NCBI GenBank assembly: GCA_030535245.1
Contig: JAUNBJ010000002.1
Span: 2,418 to 66,417, forward strand
Origin: Planctomycetia bacterium
GTDB lineage: Bacteria; Planctomycetota; Planctomycetia; Pirellulales; Thermoguttaceae
Direction: 5' to 3'
Length of the DNA stretch: 64,000 nucleotides
Positions 36,105-46,052 of the stretch are shown piece by piece. The first letter of the stretch is position 1, and the number at the start of each line of letters is the position of its first letter. A model generated the notes under the pieces. That model had not been told where the DNA came from. It did no database searches and saw only the letters and a list, made by a program, of their open reading frames with translations. A program made the translations under genes and the position numbers.

Positions 36105-39100
36105 AACTTCGTTTTCGGAACCTGAACTCCCTGGCGGGGGAATGGACGGTGGACTTTACCGACCCGGCGTTTGCGGAGGACGGGTTGTTTGCGATTGTCG
36201 GGCCGACGGGGGCGGGGAAAACGACGATTCTGGACGCCCTTTCGCTGGCGTTGTTCCAGCGAACGCCGCGGTTAAAAAATTTTTCCAAAACCGAAAATGA
36301 AATCATGTCCCGGCAGACGAACGACTGCATGGCGGAAGTGACGTTTTCCGCAGAGGGGAAAACATACCGGGCTTCGTTCGAGCAAAAACGGAGCCGGGCA
36401 GGTTCGCAGAATCCTTTTGGGGAGGTGAAGTGCGAGCTGGCTCAGGCGACGGGAAATGCGGACGGCGATGAGGTTTTGGCGACGAAAAAACAGGCGTTTG
36501 AGGAGAAAATCAAAGCCATCCTCCATCTCGATTTCGACCAGTTTTCGCGGTCGGTACTTTTGGCGCAGGGGCAATTCCGCGATTTTCTTTTCCGACAAAG
36601 TGCGAACGAGCGGGCCGAACTGCTGGAAAAAATCACCGGAACCGGAATTTATACGGAAATCAGTAAAAAGGTTTCGGAGCTATACGGTCAAAAAAAACGT
36701 ATTCTGGAAAATCAGACGACCGGGTTGGAGGCCCTGAAAGCGGGGTTGCTGGGGGAGGAAGAAGCGGTTCGGCGGGCTGAGGAGCGGGAAAAGCGGATCG
36801 CGGAATTATCCCCGTTGGAGGCGGAATTGCGGGAATTGGAGACGCAGATTGCACGGAGGAAAACGCTTCTTTCGCTGGAATCCGAGCGGGCGACATTGGA
36901 GGCACATCGGAAGCAGTGCGACGCCGACCTTGCTGCGTTCGCGCCGGAGAAAAAGCAGCTGGAGCGTCATCGTCGGGCCGTTCCGCTGAAACCGTTGTTC
37001 CGGGAAACGGAGGGGTTGCGGAAGGCGCTTGCCGAGAAACGAACCGCGTTGGAAACGGAGAAAACCGCGTGGGAAACGGTATCTCGAAATCTGGAGGAAC
37101 TCCTGCCGCAGATGGTCGCTGCAAAGGCGTCGCTGCAAGCGGCGGAACAGATGCAGGCGGAGGAGACCCCTCTTTTGGCGAAAGTCCGGATTTGGGATCA
37201 GGAGATTAAAAACCACGAAAAGGCGTGGAACGAGGCGAAGCAGAATCTTCAAAAGCGTCGGCAGCATTGGGAGGAAATCCGCAGGAAGCGGGCGGGGTTG
37301 GAAAGCGACAAACAGCGGGTGGAAGTGGTCCGGCAGGAGCAAACCGCGTTGCGGGAGGCGCGTCGGGAGCGGCTTGGCGAGCGGACGGCGGCGGAAATTT
37401 TGACGGCCCTGCATACGATTCAGGAACGGCATCGGAATTGGCAGCAAATGTGGGATGGGGTGGTCGCGTGGGAAAAGAATCGCGAAAACCAGGCGGTTCA
37501 GGCGGAAACGTATGCGCGTATCGTGGCGGAACAGACGCAGTATCAGGCGGAACAGCGTGCAATCACCGCGAAGCTGGAAGCGTTGCGGGAGGAAATCGCG
37601 TCGCAGAACCGTACCGTCCAGCGGTCGGAGGATGTGGAAAACCTGAAGGAATACCGAAGCCGGCTGACCGAGGGGGAACCATGCCCGCTTTGTGGGGCGA
37701 CGCACCATCCGTTGGAACTGCCGCAGCGTGAAATCACCGCAGAGCGGGCAAGGCAGGCGGCGTTGAAAGAGGAGGAGCAGAGACTTCTTTCCCGGCAGGT
37801 TGCGTTGGCGGAGAAAGGGGGGCGGCTGGAAGCGGACGGGAAGCATTCCCAACAGCGGCTGGCCGAACGGGTCGAGGAGGAAACCGACCTGCAACAGCGG
37901 CTTGCGGTGTGGACGCAGCAACTGGCGTTGGAATCGCTGCCGGAAAAAGAGGGGATTCAGGCGAAGATCACCGAACTGGAAGCGGAGGAAACGGAGCTTG
38001 CGGAGGATTCCCGGCAGGCGGCAGACTGGGACGCGAAGATTGCGGAAAAAACGTCGGAAATGGAAGCGTTGGAGCGGAATTTGAAATCGTGGGACGCGTT
38101 GGAAGTGGCCGAGGCGACGGCCGAGCGGGAACAGACCGACGCTCTGGAAGAAACGCGGAAATGGGAAACGGCGTACATGGCAAGCCGGAAGGAGCGTCAG
38201 GAGAAATTTCAGGACAAAAATCCGGACGATGTGGAACGGGCATTGGCCGCGGCGGTTCGCGAAGCGCATAAAGAATACTCGGAACGGAAAGCGCAGAAAG
38301 AGAAATGGGAAATGGCGGTGACGATGCGTGAGGTATCGTGGAAAAGAGCCGCATCGGAAGTGGCGGATGGGGAATTTGGATTGGCCCGGCAGGAGGCGGA
38401 GTGGGCGGAAGCGCTTCGGGTGGCGCAATTCACCGACGAGCGGGATTTTCTGGCGGCGCAGCTGACGCAAGAGGAACAGGAACGGAAGGAAAAACGGCAG
38501 GAGGAACTGCACGCAACGGACACGCGTTTAAAAATTCAACTTCAATCGGTGATGGAACGGCTGGAGCAGGAGCGTCGGCAGCCTGCCCCGACGGGGAATT
38601 TGGAGGAATTGCTGGAACGTCAAAAGAGGGGGAAGGAGCAACAGAAGAAAACCATCGAGTGCATCGGGATGTTGGAGGAACAGCTCCGGCGAAATCGGCA
38701 ATTACTCGAAAAAGTTGCGGAGGAAACGGCAAAAATCGAGGGGATTCAGCGAGAAACCGACCGTTGGCAGAAGCTCCACCAACTCATCGGCGGGGAGCGA
38801 AATCCCCGTTTTCGGCGGCTGGTGCAGCGGCTTTCGCTGGAAATTTTGTTGGGAAACGCGAATTTACAACTTCAGCGACTGGCACCGCGGTACCTGCTGG
38901 TTCTGCCGTCGGACGATGGGGATAAAGAGCTTTCCATCGCCTGCCGGGATACTTTTTTCAATGATGAAATTCGTCCGGTGAGCAACCTTTCAGGGGGGGA
39001 GACGTTTCTGGTGAGCCTGGCGCTGGCGTTGGGTCTGTCAAAGATGTCCAGCCGCAACGTCCCGATGGAATCGCTGTTTTTGGACGAGGGATTTGGGACG

Positions 39101-39292
39101 CTCGATGAGGAAACGTTGCAGGCGGCATTGGAATCGCTTTCGTTGTTTCAATCGGGGGGCGGGGAGCAGAAGCTGATTGGCATTATTTCGCATGTGGAGA
39201 CCCTGAAAGAACGGATTGCGAACAAGATAGAAGTCCTTCCCGGAGCCATGGGCCGCAGCCGTTTGCAGGGTAACGGAATAAAAACAGGTTGA
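36092..39292 (+). CDS. sbcC: Exonuclease SbcCD, ATPase subunit C
   Basis: MRILKLRFRNLNSLAGEW. Walker A GPTGAGKTT. Long coiled coil with CPLCG zinc hook. C-terminal LSGGETFLVSLALAL signature and LFLDEGFG Walker B. Confidence 0.85.
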   Translation: MRILKLRFRNLNSLAGEWTVDFTDPAFAEDGLFAIVGPTGAGKTTILDALSLALFQRTPRLKNFSKTENEIMSRQTNDCMAEVTFSAEGKTYRASFEQKRSRAGSQNPFGEVKCELAQATGNADGDEVLATKKQAFEEKIKAILHLDFDQFSRSVLLAQGQFRDFLFRQSANERAELLEKITGTGIYTEISKKVSELYGQKKRILENQTTGLEALKAGLLGEEEAVRRAEEREKRIAELSPLEAELRELETQIARRKTLLSLESERATLEAHRKQCDADLAAFAPEKKQLERHRRAVPLKPLFRETEGLRKALAEKRTALETEKTAWETVSRNLEELLPQMVAAKASLQAAEQMQAEETPLLAKVRIWDQEIKNHEKAWNEAKQNLQKRRQHWEEIRRKRAGLESDKQRVEVVRQEQTALREARRERLGERTAAEILTALHTIQERHRNWQQMWDGVVAWEKNRENQAVQAETYARIVAEQTQYQAEQRAITAKLEALREEIASQNRTVQRSEDVENLKEYRSRLTEGEPCPLCGATHHPLELPQREITAERARQAALKEEEQRLLSRQVALAEKGGRLEADGKHSQQRLAERVEEETDLQQRLAVWTQQLALESLPEKEGIQAKITELEAEETELAEDSRQAADWDAKIAEKTSEMEALERNLKSWDALEVAEATAEREQTDALEETRKWETAYMASRKERQEKFQDKNPDDVERALAAAVREAHKEYSERKAQKEKWEMAVTMREVSWKRAASEVADGEFGLARQEAEWAEALRVAQFTDERDFLAAQLTQEEQERKEKRQEELHATDTRLKIQLQSVMERLEQERRQPAPTGNLEELLERQKRGKEQQKKTIECIGMLEEQLRRNRQLLEKVAEETAKIEGIQRETDRWQKLHQLIGGERNPRFRRLVQRLSLEILLGNANLQLQRLAPRYLLVLPSDDGDKELSIACRDTFFNDEIRPVSNLSGGETFLVSLALALGLSKMSSRNVPMESLFLDEGFGTLDEETLQAALESLSLFQSGGGEQKLIGIISHVETLKERIANKIEVLPGAMGRSRLQGNGIKTG

Positions 39293-39460
39293 ATTTTGAT
39301 AAATGGAGTGCAATTCGACCTCTCCTTCCCAAATTTTTAAAAAATTTTTTTGTAAAATGCGGGGGGATGTCTTGCAATTTCATCGTTTAGGCGTTAAGCT
39401 GTAGAATGACGTTTATTTATTATACCGAGACGTTCTTTTTCAAATTTTACGGAAAGCAAC

Positions 39461-42400
39461 ATGGCCAAACCATTTCTGCACATCAATCTTTCGGAGGAAG
39501 CGCAGTTCTTCCGTCCCGTCGCTCTGGAACCGGGGTGCCCCCTGTTTGACCCTACGAATGCCAACGATCGGATTCTTTTTCGTTGGTTTGGAGGGATGAC
39601 GCCGGAGCCGGAATGGGACGAAAACGGCCAGATTTTGCGATTTTTTATTCGGAACGATCAGGGGGGGCGTTTGGAGGACGTAACCTGCACGACCGTGACG
39701 AACGAGGATTTGAACGAGAAGTTGATTACGGAAATTGAGCGTCTGCAAGCGCGGTTCGAGCGGATTCGGGCCACCTCAACGACGGAGAAGATTTTACGGG
39801 AAAAACTTTCGGAAGAATTTCGGGATTTAATTGAGAATAAAAAGCGGCCGGATCGGACGTATTATTTCTTTAAGTATCAGGATGGCGGCGGGCTGACGCG
39901 GTTGGTCTGGATACCGGGGTATGCACCGATCCATCAGGAATATGGCGCGCCGATGATTTGTGACGACGAGGCGTGCAATCAGCTTTACGTGCGGCTGCCG
40001 GGGGCGAAGGCGCGGTGTCCGATCTGTTTGAAGGTTCCGACGGCGCGGCGGAAGGCGATAGAGGCGGCACGGCGGAAGCGGAATCGTTATTTGCTGCTCT
40101 GTTTTTTGCTGCTTTTGTGTGGATGGATTCTGTGGAATCAGTTTACGTTGAAGGTGAAGCCGGGGCCATGGAACACGTATGTGGGCTGTGCGTCGGACTT
40201 TCGGGTGATCACGCCGGGGCTGGATGGTTTTGGGCTGATTTTGTCGAAGGATGTGACGGACGAGGTTTTTAAGACGGTGGAGAATCCGTCGGTAGCCTGT
40301 TTTCCGGAGGGGGGAATGCGCGCGTACGCCGTCAGTCCGGGTGAGACGAAGATGCGGTTTTATTCTGGCTGGCGTTTTGGCGGGGTGAAGGTCACGGTTC
40401 ATCCGCCGGTGAATCCGAATCGGGTCTGGATTGAGCCGGAAAATATAACGCTGGCGGTCGGTTCGACGCAGCGGGTGAAGCTGATGGGCGAATACGAGGG
40501 GGGCCAGACGGCGGAGCTTTCGCAGAGCACGTATTGGGATTCGCGAAACGACGGGACGGTGTATCATTTTAATGGTTTCGTGGAGGGGTTGCAGCCTGGG
40601 GAAACGAACCTTTCGGCGAAATATCGTGCCACGCCCAAGGATGCGTGGATGGACGCTTCGGCCACGGTTTCGGTGGCGTCCAAGACGTTGGAGTCGCTGG
40701 AAGTCAAAGCGGTTCATGCGGGGCCTTTGCCGGTGGGGAAGAAGTCCCGGATTGAGGTTTTGGGCAAAACGGCGGAGGGGGAGGAGTATGCGTTTACAGG
40801 TTCTTCGCGTCTGGAGGCGGTGATTGATCCACCGTCGCTGGCGACGTACCAGGGGGAAACGATTCAAACGCTTCAGGCGGGCACGGGGCGATTGCAGGCG
40901 ACGTTGACCGACGGCACACCAGAGGGGGCGGCGCTTCAGACGGCGGAAATGGTGTTGGATATTGAGGATGTCGCGACGACGGCCCGGCTGCGGGTTTATC
41001 CGAAGGAAGCGTCGATTGCGGTGGACGAGCTGTTCCCGCTGTCGGTGGTGTGCGGGGATGTTTCGGCGTTGAAAATCACGTCGGCGAATCCGAAGGTGGT
41101 GCGTGTGGGGAAGGATCACTGCCTGATTGGGCGTTCGGCGGGGACGACGGAAATTACGGTGGAGGATGGTACCGGTTCGGTGGTGATTCCGGTGACGGTC
41201 GCGAACGTGAAGGCGGACGGGCTGGTGATGGTTCCGCCGTCGGGTGCGGTTCCGGTGGATCATGACACGACGTTCCGGTTCTTTGCGCGGGCAGGTTCGG
41301 AGCGGTATTATCCGCTGGCGCCGGGGGTGGTCAAGACCGACGCGGTGCCGAATGGGCGGTATGCGCTGGCGGACGGGCTGAAGGCGAGGGTTCGTGGGTT
41401 GAATCCGACGGATGCTGCCGATCCGCAGTCGGTAACGTTCAGCTACCAGGGGCAAAAGGCAAAGACGTCGGTCAAAGTGATTCCGGCGCCGTTGCGGTTG
41501 AAGATTACGCCGTCGGGGAAGGTGGCGTTGCCGTTGGGGTTGTGCATGACGTTTGACGGTTTCGCGGTTTATGGGGACGGGGTAAGCACGCTTGTTCCCT
41601 ACACGCGGATGGAGTGGAATACGGAACCTGCGGCGGCGGAAGTGGCCGGATTCGGGTTTGAAAAAGGAAAGGCGATGGCGTTGGACGTAGGGGCAGGGCC
41701 GGTGTCGATTTGGGGGAATTATTTTGGGACGGAATCGAATCGTGCGGAACTGACGACGACCGAGCGGACGGACGTGACGTTGGGGATCGAGGTGGATCGA
41801 ACGCTTCGGGTGGCCGGGGAGCCGGGGACGGCGATCCTGACGGGCAAGACGGTTCACGGGGATGTGGAGTTGGTTCCGAACGTGGGCAAATTCAGCACTT
41901 CCCAGGCGGACGTGGTGGCGGTTACGGGGGAGAATAGTGGCAGTTACAAGGCGGTGGCGGCGGGAGCGGCGTCGCTTTCGGCCACGCACCCTGCGGCGGA
42001 GCAGCCGGCGAGCGTCGATTTGCGGGTGGTTCATCCGCGAAACGCCCGGCTTTACTGGGAGCCGTCGGAAGTGAACGTGGCGGTGGGGGAGATTGCGCCG
42101 TTCCAGTTGATGCTGGAGGGGACGAACCCGGACGCTGCCGAGGGGGAGGAAACGGAGTGGTCGGTTCCGATGGATTCGCCGGGGGTGTACTATTCATTCG
42201 GAAAGCCGGACGCGGTTTTGTGGCGGAGTCCGACGTTATCTGGAATACAGCCAGCGGAGGCGTTTGACGTTTCGGCGTCGTATCTGCCGTATTTGAAGAA
42301 TCCGGCGCACGCGAAGGTTTCGGTATTTGGAGCCAATCCGCCGCAGGCGTTGCGGGTGGTGCCGTCGGAGGTTTCCCTGGCGCCGGGGCAGGCGATGAGT

Positions 42401-45400
42401 TTTGCGGTGGAGGAGCAGTTGGAAGGTGCGGAAGGCTTTACGGAAGTGCAGCCGGACGACGTGAAGTGGGAAGTTCCGAGGAATGTATACTGGCGTGGCC
42501 CGATGGGGCAGATTCGTCCGCAAGTGGAGATTCCGGCGGACGAGGCGGCGGGGAGTTTCACGCTGCGGGCGAAGTACCGTGGCAAGACGGCGGACGTAAC
42601 GGTTACGGCGGCGCCATCGACGTTGAACCCGGCGGATCCGGAGGTGGAGTTGTTGGTGCGGCGGTATCCGGCGGGGCGGTTGTTGCCGGTGGGGCAGGCG
42701 CAGAGCTATTCGATCTGGATGAAGAAGGGGGAGGTGGAGGAACCGGCGCCGAATGTCCGTTGGACGCCGGATTTTGAGAACGAATATTTGACGTGGAGTG
42801 CTCCGGTAATGGAGGCGACCAAGGCGGGCTTGACGCAGTGGATTACGGCGAAGGTGGGGGATCGTGCGGTGCGGTTCTTTACGCAGACGATGGATCCGTT
42901 TGTTCCGGGCGAGGTGCCGCCGCCGCGAGAGGGGGATCCGTCGGCCGTTCGGATTCTCAGCAACAGCGGTACGGAAGTATCCATGGCGGTGGGGGCGAAG
43001 TACGTGGACTATCGGGTGGAGGCGGAGTATCCGGACGGATTCATTCGTGTGGTGACGAAGGACGCGAACCTGCATCCGATTGCGGGGGACAAGTCGATTG
43101 TCAGTCCCAGCAACGGCGAGTTGACGGCGGTCAAGCCGGGGAAGGTGACGTTCATTGCCGAGTACATGGGGGTGGACAGCGAGGAGCCGCCCCTCACGTT
43201 GAACGTGACGGAGAGCGTGGATGTGGACGAGTTACGGCTGGAGCCGGACAAGGACATCCGTATGCTTCCGAACGAGACGGTGACGTTCCGGCTGCATGGC
43301 TACAAGGAAAAGAAGTCAGTCGGTTTGCTGACGGGGATGGGGAATATTGTCTGGAAGTCGGACAACGAGGCGGTCGCCACAACGCAGGGGCCGGTAACGA
43401 CTTCGGTGGCGTTGGGCAAGGCGAACATTACGGCGGAGTTGAATGGCGTCGTGAGCAAGCCGGCGGCGGTGGACGTGGTGGCGACGATCGACGAAAAGCT
43501 GGGGCCGACGGACAACGTGATCAAGATGTTGGTGGGTGAAAGCAAGCTGGTGGGGAAGGATTTTGCGCTCATCCGTGGGAATGTCGATTTCAGTATGCAG
43601 TGTGGTGTGACGCCGCTGGTTCCGGGGATTTGCGAGTATGACGCGACGCGTCATGCGTTGGTGGGGAAGGCGCCTGGGGCGACCGACGTGATCTTCACGA
43701 TGGCGGACAAGAAGGCGGTCATGCGGGTGATCGTGGGCGGTGTGGATGCGCAGACGCTGACGATGTTGAAAGAGGATGGCGAGATTATCGTGGAACCGGC
43801 AGCGGCGTCGATTTCGGCGGGCCAGGCGATCGAGCTGCGGGTTTACGCGGTATCCAAGGATCGTACGGTGCGGTTGGAGCGGACGGCAAGTGCGGTGTTC
43901 CGCAGCAGCGATCCGTCGGTCTGCGAGGTACGTGGTTTGCAGCTTTGCGGGCTGAAGCCGGGCGGCCCGGTGGAGATTACCGTGATGATTCCGGAGATTA
44001 CCGGGAAGGGGCGTTCGGGGAAGGCGTCGTTGACGGTGGACAATCATCCGATTACGGAACTGGTGGTGGAGCCGGGGGCGATTCGGATGTCGACGGGCGA
44101 CAAGTCGAATCTGTTTATTCAGGGGCGTAGTGCCAGCGGCCTGCTTCCGCTGTTTGCGCAGTCTCGGTTGAAGGTGGCGACGGACGGCCCGGCGGCTCGG
44201 ATGAACGGCATTCAGAGTGTCGAGGCGGCGGCTGCGGGGGACTGCAACGTGAATATTGATTGGGACGGCAAACTTCAGCGTTCGGTAGCGGTGAAGGTGG
44301 ACGACAATCCCTACACGAGCCTGGCGATCGACCCGGTGAGCACGACGTTGGCGGTGGGCGAGGGTCGCGCGTATCAGGTGACGGCGCTTCGTGGCGGTCG
44401 GTTGTACGTGCTTCAGCCGGAGACGGGGCTTCAGTTGACGACGGCGGATCCGAACGTGGCGGTGGTTCAGGGGAACATGGTTTTTGGCAAATCGGTGGGA
44501 CGTACGACGGTGGTCGCCCGGTTTGCGGGGCTGGTTTCGGAAGGAACGATCGACGTGGTGGAGCCGGGAGCGGTGCCGACGAGCGTCGAGGCGGCGTATG
44601 TGGATCCGAACGCGGCGGTAACGTACCGGACGGGCGACACGGTGCTGGACGGGGGGTATCGCGGGGTGGTCAGTACCGACGTATTTGGCGACGGTGTGGC
44701 GCCGTATGCGGTGACGGATTATGCGGTGACGGGCGTATCGGGGTTGCGGTTTGAGCCGGCGTCGATGCGGCTTTCGCGGTCGTCGGGGCCGGTAGCGGTG
44801 CGGGTGTTCGAGGAAATGTCGAACGGAACGCTGGGTCGTGAGGTCAGTAACGATCCGAATTTGAAGGTGGAATCCGCGTCGTCGGTGGTTCAGATCAGTC
44901 GTGCGGAGAATGGCCCATACATGATTCAGCCGGCGGGGAAGGATGGAACGGCGCGTGTATCGGCCACGTTGGGCGACAAGACGGCGTTGCCGATGTTCGT
45001 GCAGGTGGGCGAGGTTTCGGCGGCGGGGGCGGTGCTTTCGGCATTGCCGGGGACGTTGGAAATGAGCGTGGGGAACACGGCGGTGTTGGATTCGGTTCGG
45101 GTGATTCCGGACGCGGGGATGATGCCGTTTGACATTGCGTATCGTCTGACACCGACGGATGGTGGCGGCGTGGTTTCGGTGGAGGGAACGACGATCCGTG
45201 CAACGGCACCGGGCACGACGCGATTGCAGGTGACGTCGGTGGATCCGCAGGGGGTTTACGACAACATGACGACGTTCGTTCCGGTGACGGTAACCAAACC
45301 GTTGCAGTTGACGCTTTCTCCGATGGAATCGTCGTTGCGGGTGGGGGATCGGACGGCGCCGTTTGTGCTGATGGCGCGGGATGAAACGGGGGCGTCGTTC

Positions 45401-45874
45401 CCGGTTTCTGCGGCGTTTACGTCAACCGACCCGTCGATTTTGCAGCAGGACGCGATGGATCCGTCGCGATTCCAGGCGGTGTCGCTTGGGAGTGCCCAGG
45501 TGCGGGCATCCTATGGGGGGCAGGAGCTTTACGCGAATGTTTCCGTGGCGGGCGACCGATATTTGAATGTGGAGGGATCGCTCAGCGAGCGGGACAGCGA
45601 CTTTACGGTCATGCTGACGGTCACGGCGGGCAGCAGCCAGGGGGCGTTGGAGTATCGGATTTACGAGATGGGGAGCAATCCGCCGGACGCGTGGGTTCCG
45701 GGGACTCCGGGTGCGGACGGGCTGACGGTGATGCTGTCGAGTCCGGCGATTCGGTATCGGGGGCGCAACGACCAGTACACGTTGGTCATTGAGTCTCGGA
45801 CGGCGGGCGGCACGGACATACAGAAGTATCCTTACAATTTCCGGTTGGGGGCCATGATTAAGAAAGTGGACTAA
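39461..45874 (+). CDS. Giant (2137 aa) type-II membrane protein: cytosolic about 210-aa N-domain with Cys4 ribbon, one TM segment, then about 1900 aa of Big_2/Ig-like repeats
   Basis: No signal peptide. CDDEAC...CPIC at aa 167-189 (nt 39959-40027). TM segment YLLLCFLLLLCGWILW (nt about 40088-40138). Repeated Big_2-like units, e.g. ITSANPKVVRVGKDHCLIGRSAGTTEITVEDGTGSVVIPVTV. Confidence 0.8.
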   Translation: MAKPFLHINLSEEAQFFRPVALEPGCPLFDPTNANDRILFRWFGGMTPEPEWDENGQILRFFIRNDQGGRLEDVTCTTVTNEDLNEKLITEIERLQARFERIRATSTTEKILREKLSEEFRDLIENKKRPDRTYYFFKYQDGGGLTRLVWIPGYAPIHQEYGAPMICDDEACNQLYVRLPGAKARCPICLKVPTARRKAIEAARRKRNRYLLLCFLLLLCGWILWNQFTLKVKPGPWNTYVGCASDFRVITPGLDGFGLILSKDVTDEVFKTVENPSVACFPEGGMRAYAVSPGETKMRFYSGWRFGGVKVTVHPPVNPNRVWIEPENITLAVGSTQRVKLMGEYEGGQTAELSQSTYWDSRNDGTVYHFNGFVEGLQPGETNLSAKYRATPKDAWMDASATVSVASKTLESLEVKAVHAGPLPVGKKSRIEVLGKTAEGEEYAFTGSSRLEAVIDPPSLATYQGETIQTLQAGTGRLQATLTDGTPEGAALQTAEMVLDIEDVATTARLRVYPKEASIAVDELFPLSVVCGDVSALKITSANPKVVRVGKDHCLIGRSAGTTEITVEDGTGSVVIPVTVANVKADGLVMVPPSGAVPVDHDTTFRFFARAGSERYYPLAPGVVKTDAVPNGRYALADGLKARVRGLNPTDAADPQSVTFSYQGQKAKTSVKVIPAPLRLKITPSGKVALPLGLCMTFDGFAVYGDGVSTLVPYTRMEWNTEPAAAEVAGFGFEKGKAMALDVGAGPVSIWGNYFGTESNRAELTTTERTDVTLGIEVDRTLRVAGEPGTAILTGKTVHGDVELVPNVGKFSTSQADVVAVTGENSGSYKAVAAGAASLSATHPAAEQPASVDLRVVHPRNARLYWEPSEVNVAVGEIAPFQLMLEGTNPDAAEGEETEWSVPMDSPGVYYSFGKPDAVLWRSPTLSGIQPAEAFDVSASYLPYLKNPAHAKVSVFGANPPQALRVVPSEVSLAPGQAMSFAVEEQLEGAEGFTEVQPDDVKWEVPRNVYWRGPMGQIRPQVEIPADEAAGSFTLRAKYRGKTADVTVTAAPSTLNPADPEVELLVRRYPAGRLLPVGQAQSYSIWMKKGEVEEPAPNVRWTPDFENEYLTWSAPVMEATKAGLTQWITAKVGDRAVRFFTQTMDPFVPGEVPPPREGDPSAVRILSNSGTEVSMAVGAKYVDYRVEAEYPDGFIRVVTKDANLHPIAGDKSIVSPSNGELTAVKPGKVTFIAEYMGVDSEEPPLTLNVTESVDVDELRLEPDKDIRMLPNETVTFRLHGYKEKKSVGLLTGMGNIVWKSDNEAVATTQGPVTTSVALGKANITAELNGVVSKPAAVDVVATIDEKLGPTDNVIKMLVGESKLVGKDFALIRGNVDFSMQCGVTPLVPGICEYDATRHALVGKAPGATDVIFTMADKKAVMRVIVGGVDAQTLTMLKEDGEIIVEPAAASISAGQAIELRVYAVSKDRTVRLERTASAVFRSSDPSVCEVRGLQLCGLKPGGPVEITVMIPEITGKGRSGKASLTVDNHPITELVVEPGAIRMSTGDKSNLFIQGRSASGLLPLFAQSRLKVATDGPAARMNGIQSVEAAAAGDCNVNIDWDGKLQRSVAVKVDDNPYTSLAIDPVSTTLAVGEGRAYQVTALRGGRLYVLQPETGLQLTTADPNVAVVQGNMVFGKSVGRTTVVARFAGLVSEGTIDVVEPGAVPTSVEAAYVDPNAAVTYRTGDTVLDGGYRGVVSTDVFGDGVAPYAVTDYAVTGVSGLRFEPASMRLSRSSGPVAVRVFEEMSNGTLGREVSNDPNLKVESASSVVQISRAENGPYMIQPAGKDGTARVSATLGDKTALPMFVQVGEVSAAGAVLSALPGTLEMSVGNTAVLDSVRVIPDAGMMPFDIAYRLTPTDGGGVVSVEGTTIRATAPGTTRLQVTSVDPQGVYDNMTTFVPVTVTKPLQLTLSPMESSLRVGDRTAPFVLMARDETGASFPVSAAFTSTDPSILQQDAMDPSRFQAVSLGSAQVRASYGGQELYANVSVAGDRYLNVEGSLSERDSDFTVMLTVTAGSSQGALEYRIYEMGSNPPDAWVPGTPGADGLTVMLSSPAIRYRGRNDQYTLVIESRTAGGTDIQKYPYNFRLGAMIKKVD

Positions 45875-46052
45875 AATCGGAGAGGCATTGCGGGGTTGCG
45901 TTTTTCGCGGCCCTGTGGGTAACTATTCCTTGTTATTATTTATGGCAGCTTTTAAAAACGCGATTCCGACCGAAAGGGTGATTTATCGTTTGGGTTCGGG
46001 GAGCGGTTTTTCGAAGGTGTCTATCACGACAACAACGTAACACGAGAGAGCT

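Noticed and set aside
39372-39407. A sigma70-like promoter for the giant gene (TTGCAA, 17 nt, TAAGCT, or TAGAAT at 39402-39407).
   Set aside because: The two candidate -10 boxes give conflicting spacings (17 vs 24 nt) and neither is strong. I noted this only as a possibility and did not list it as a feature.
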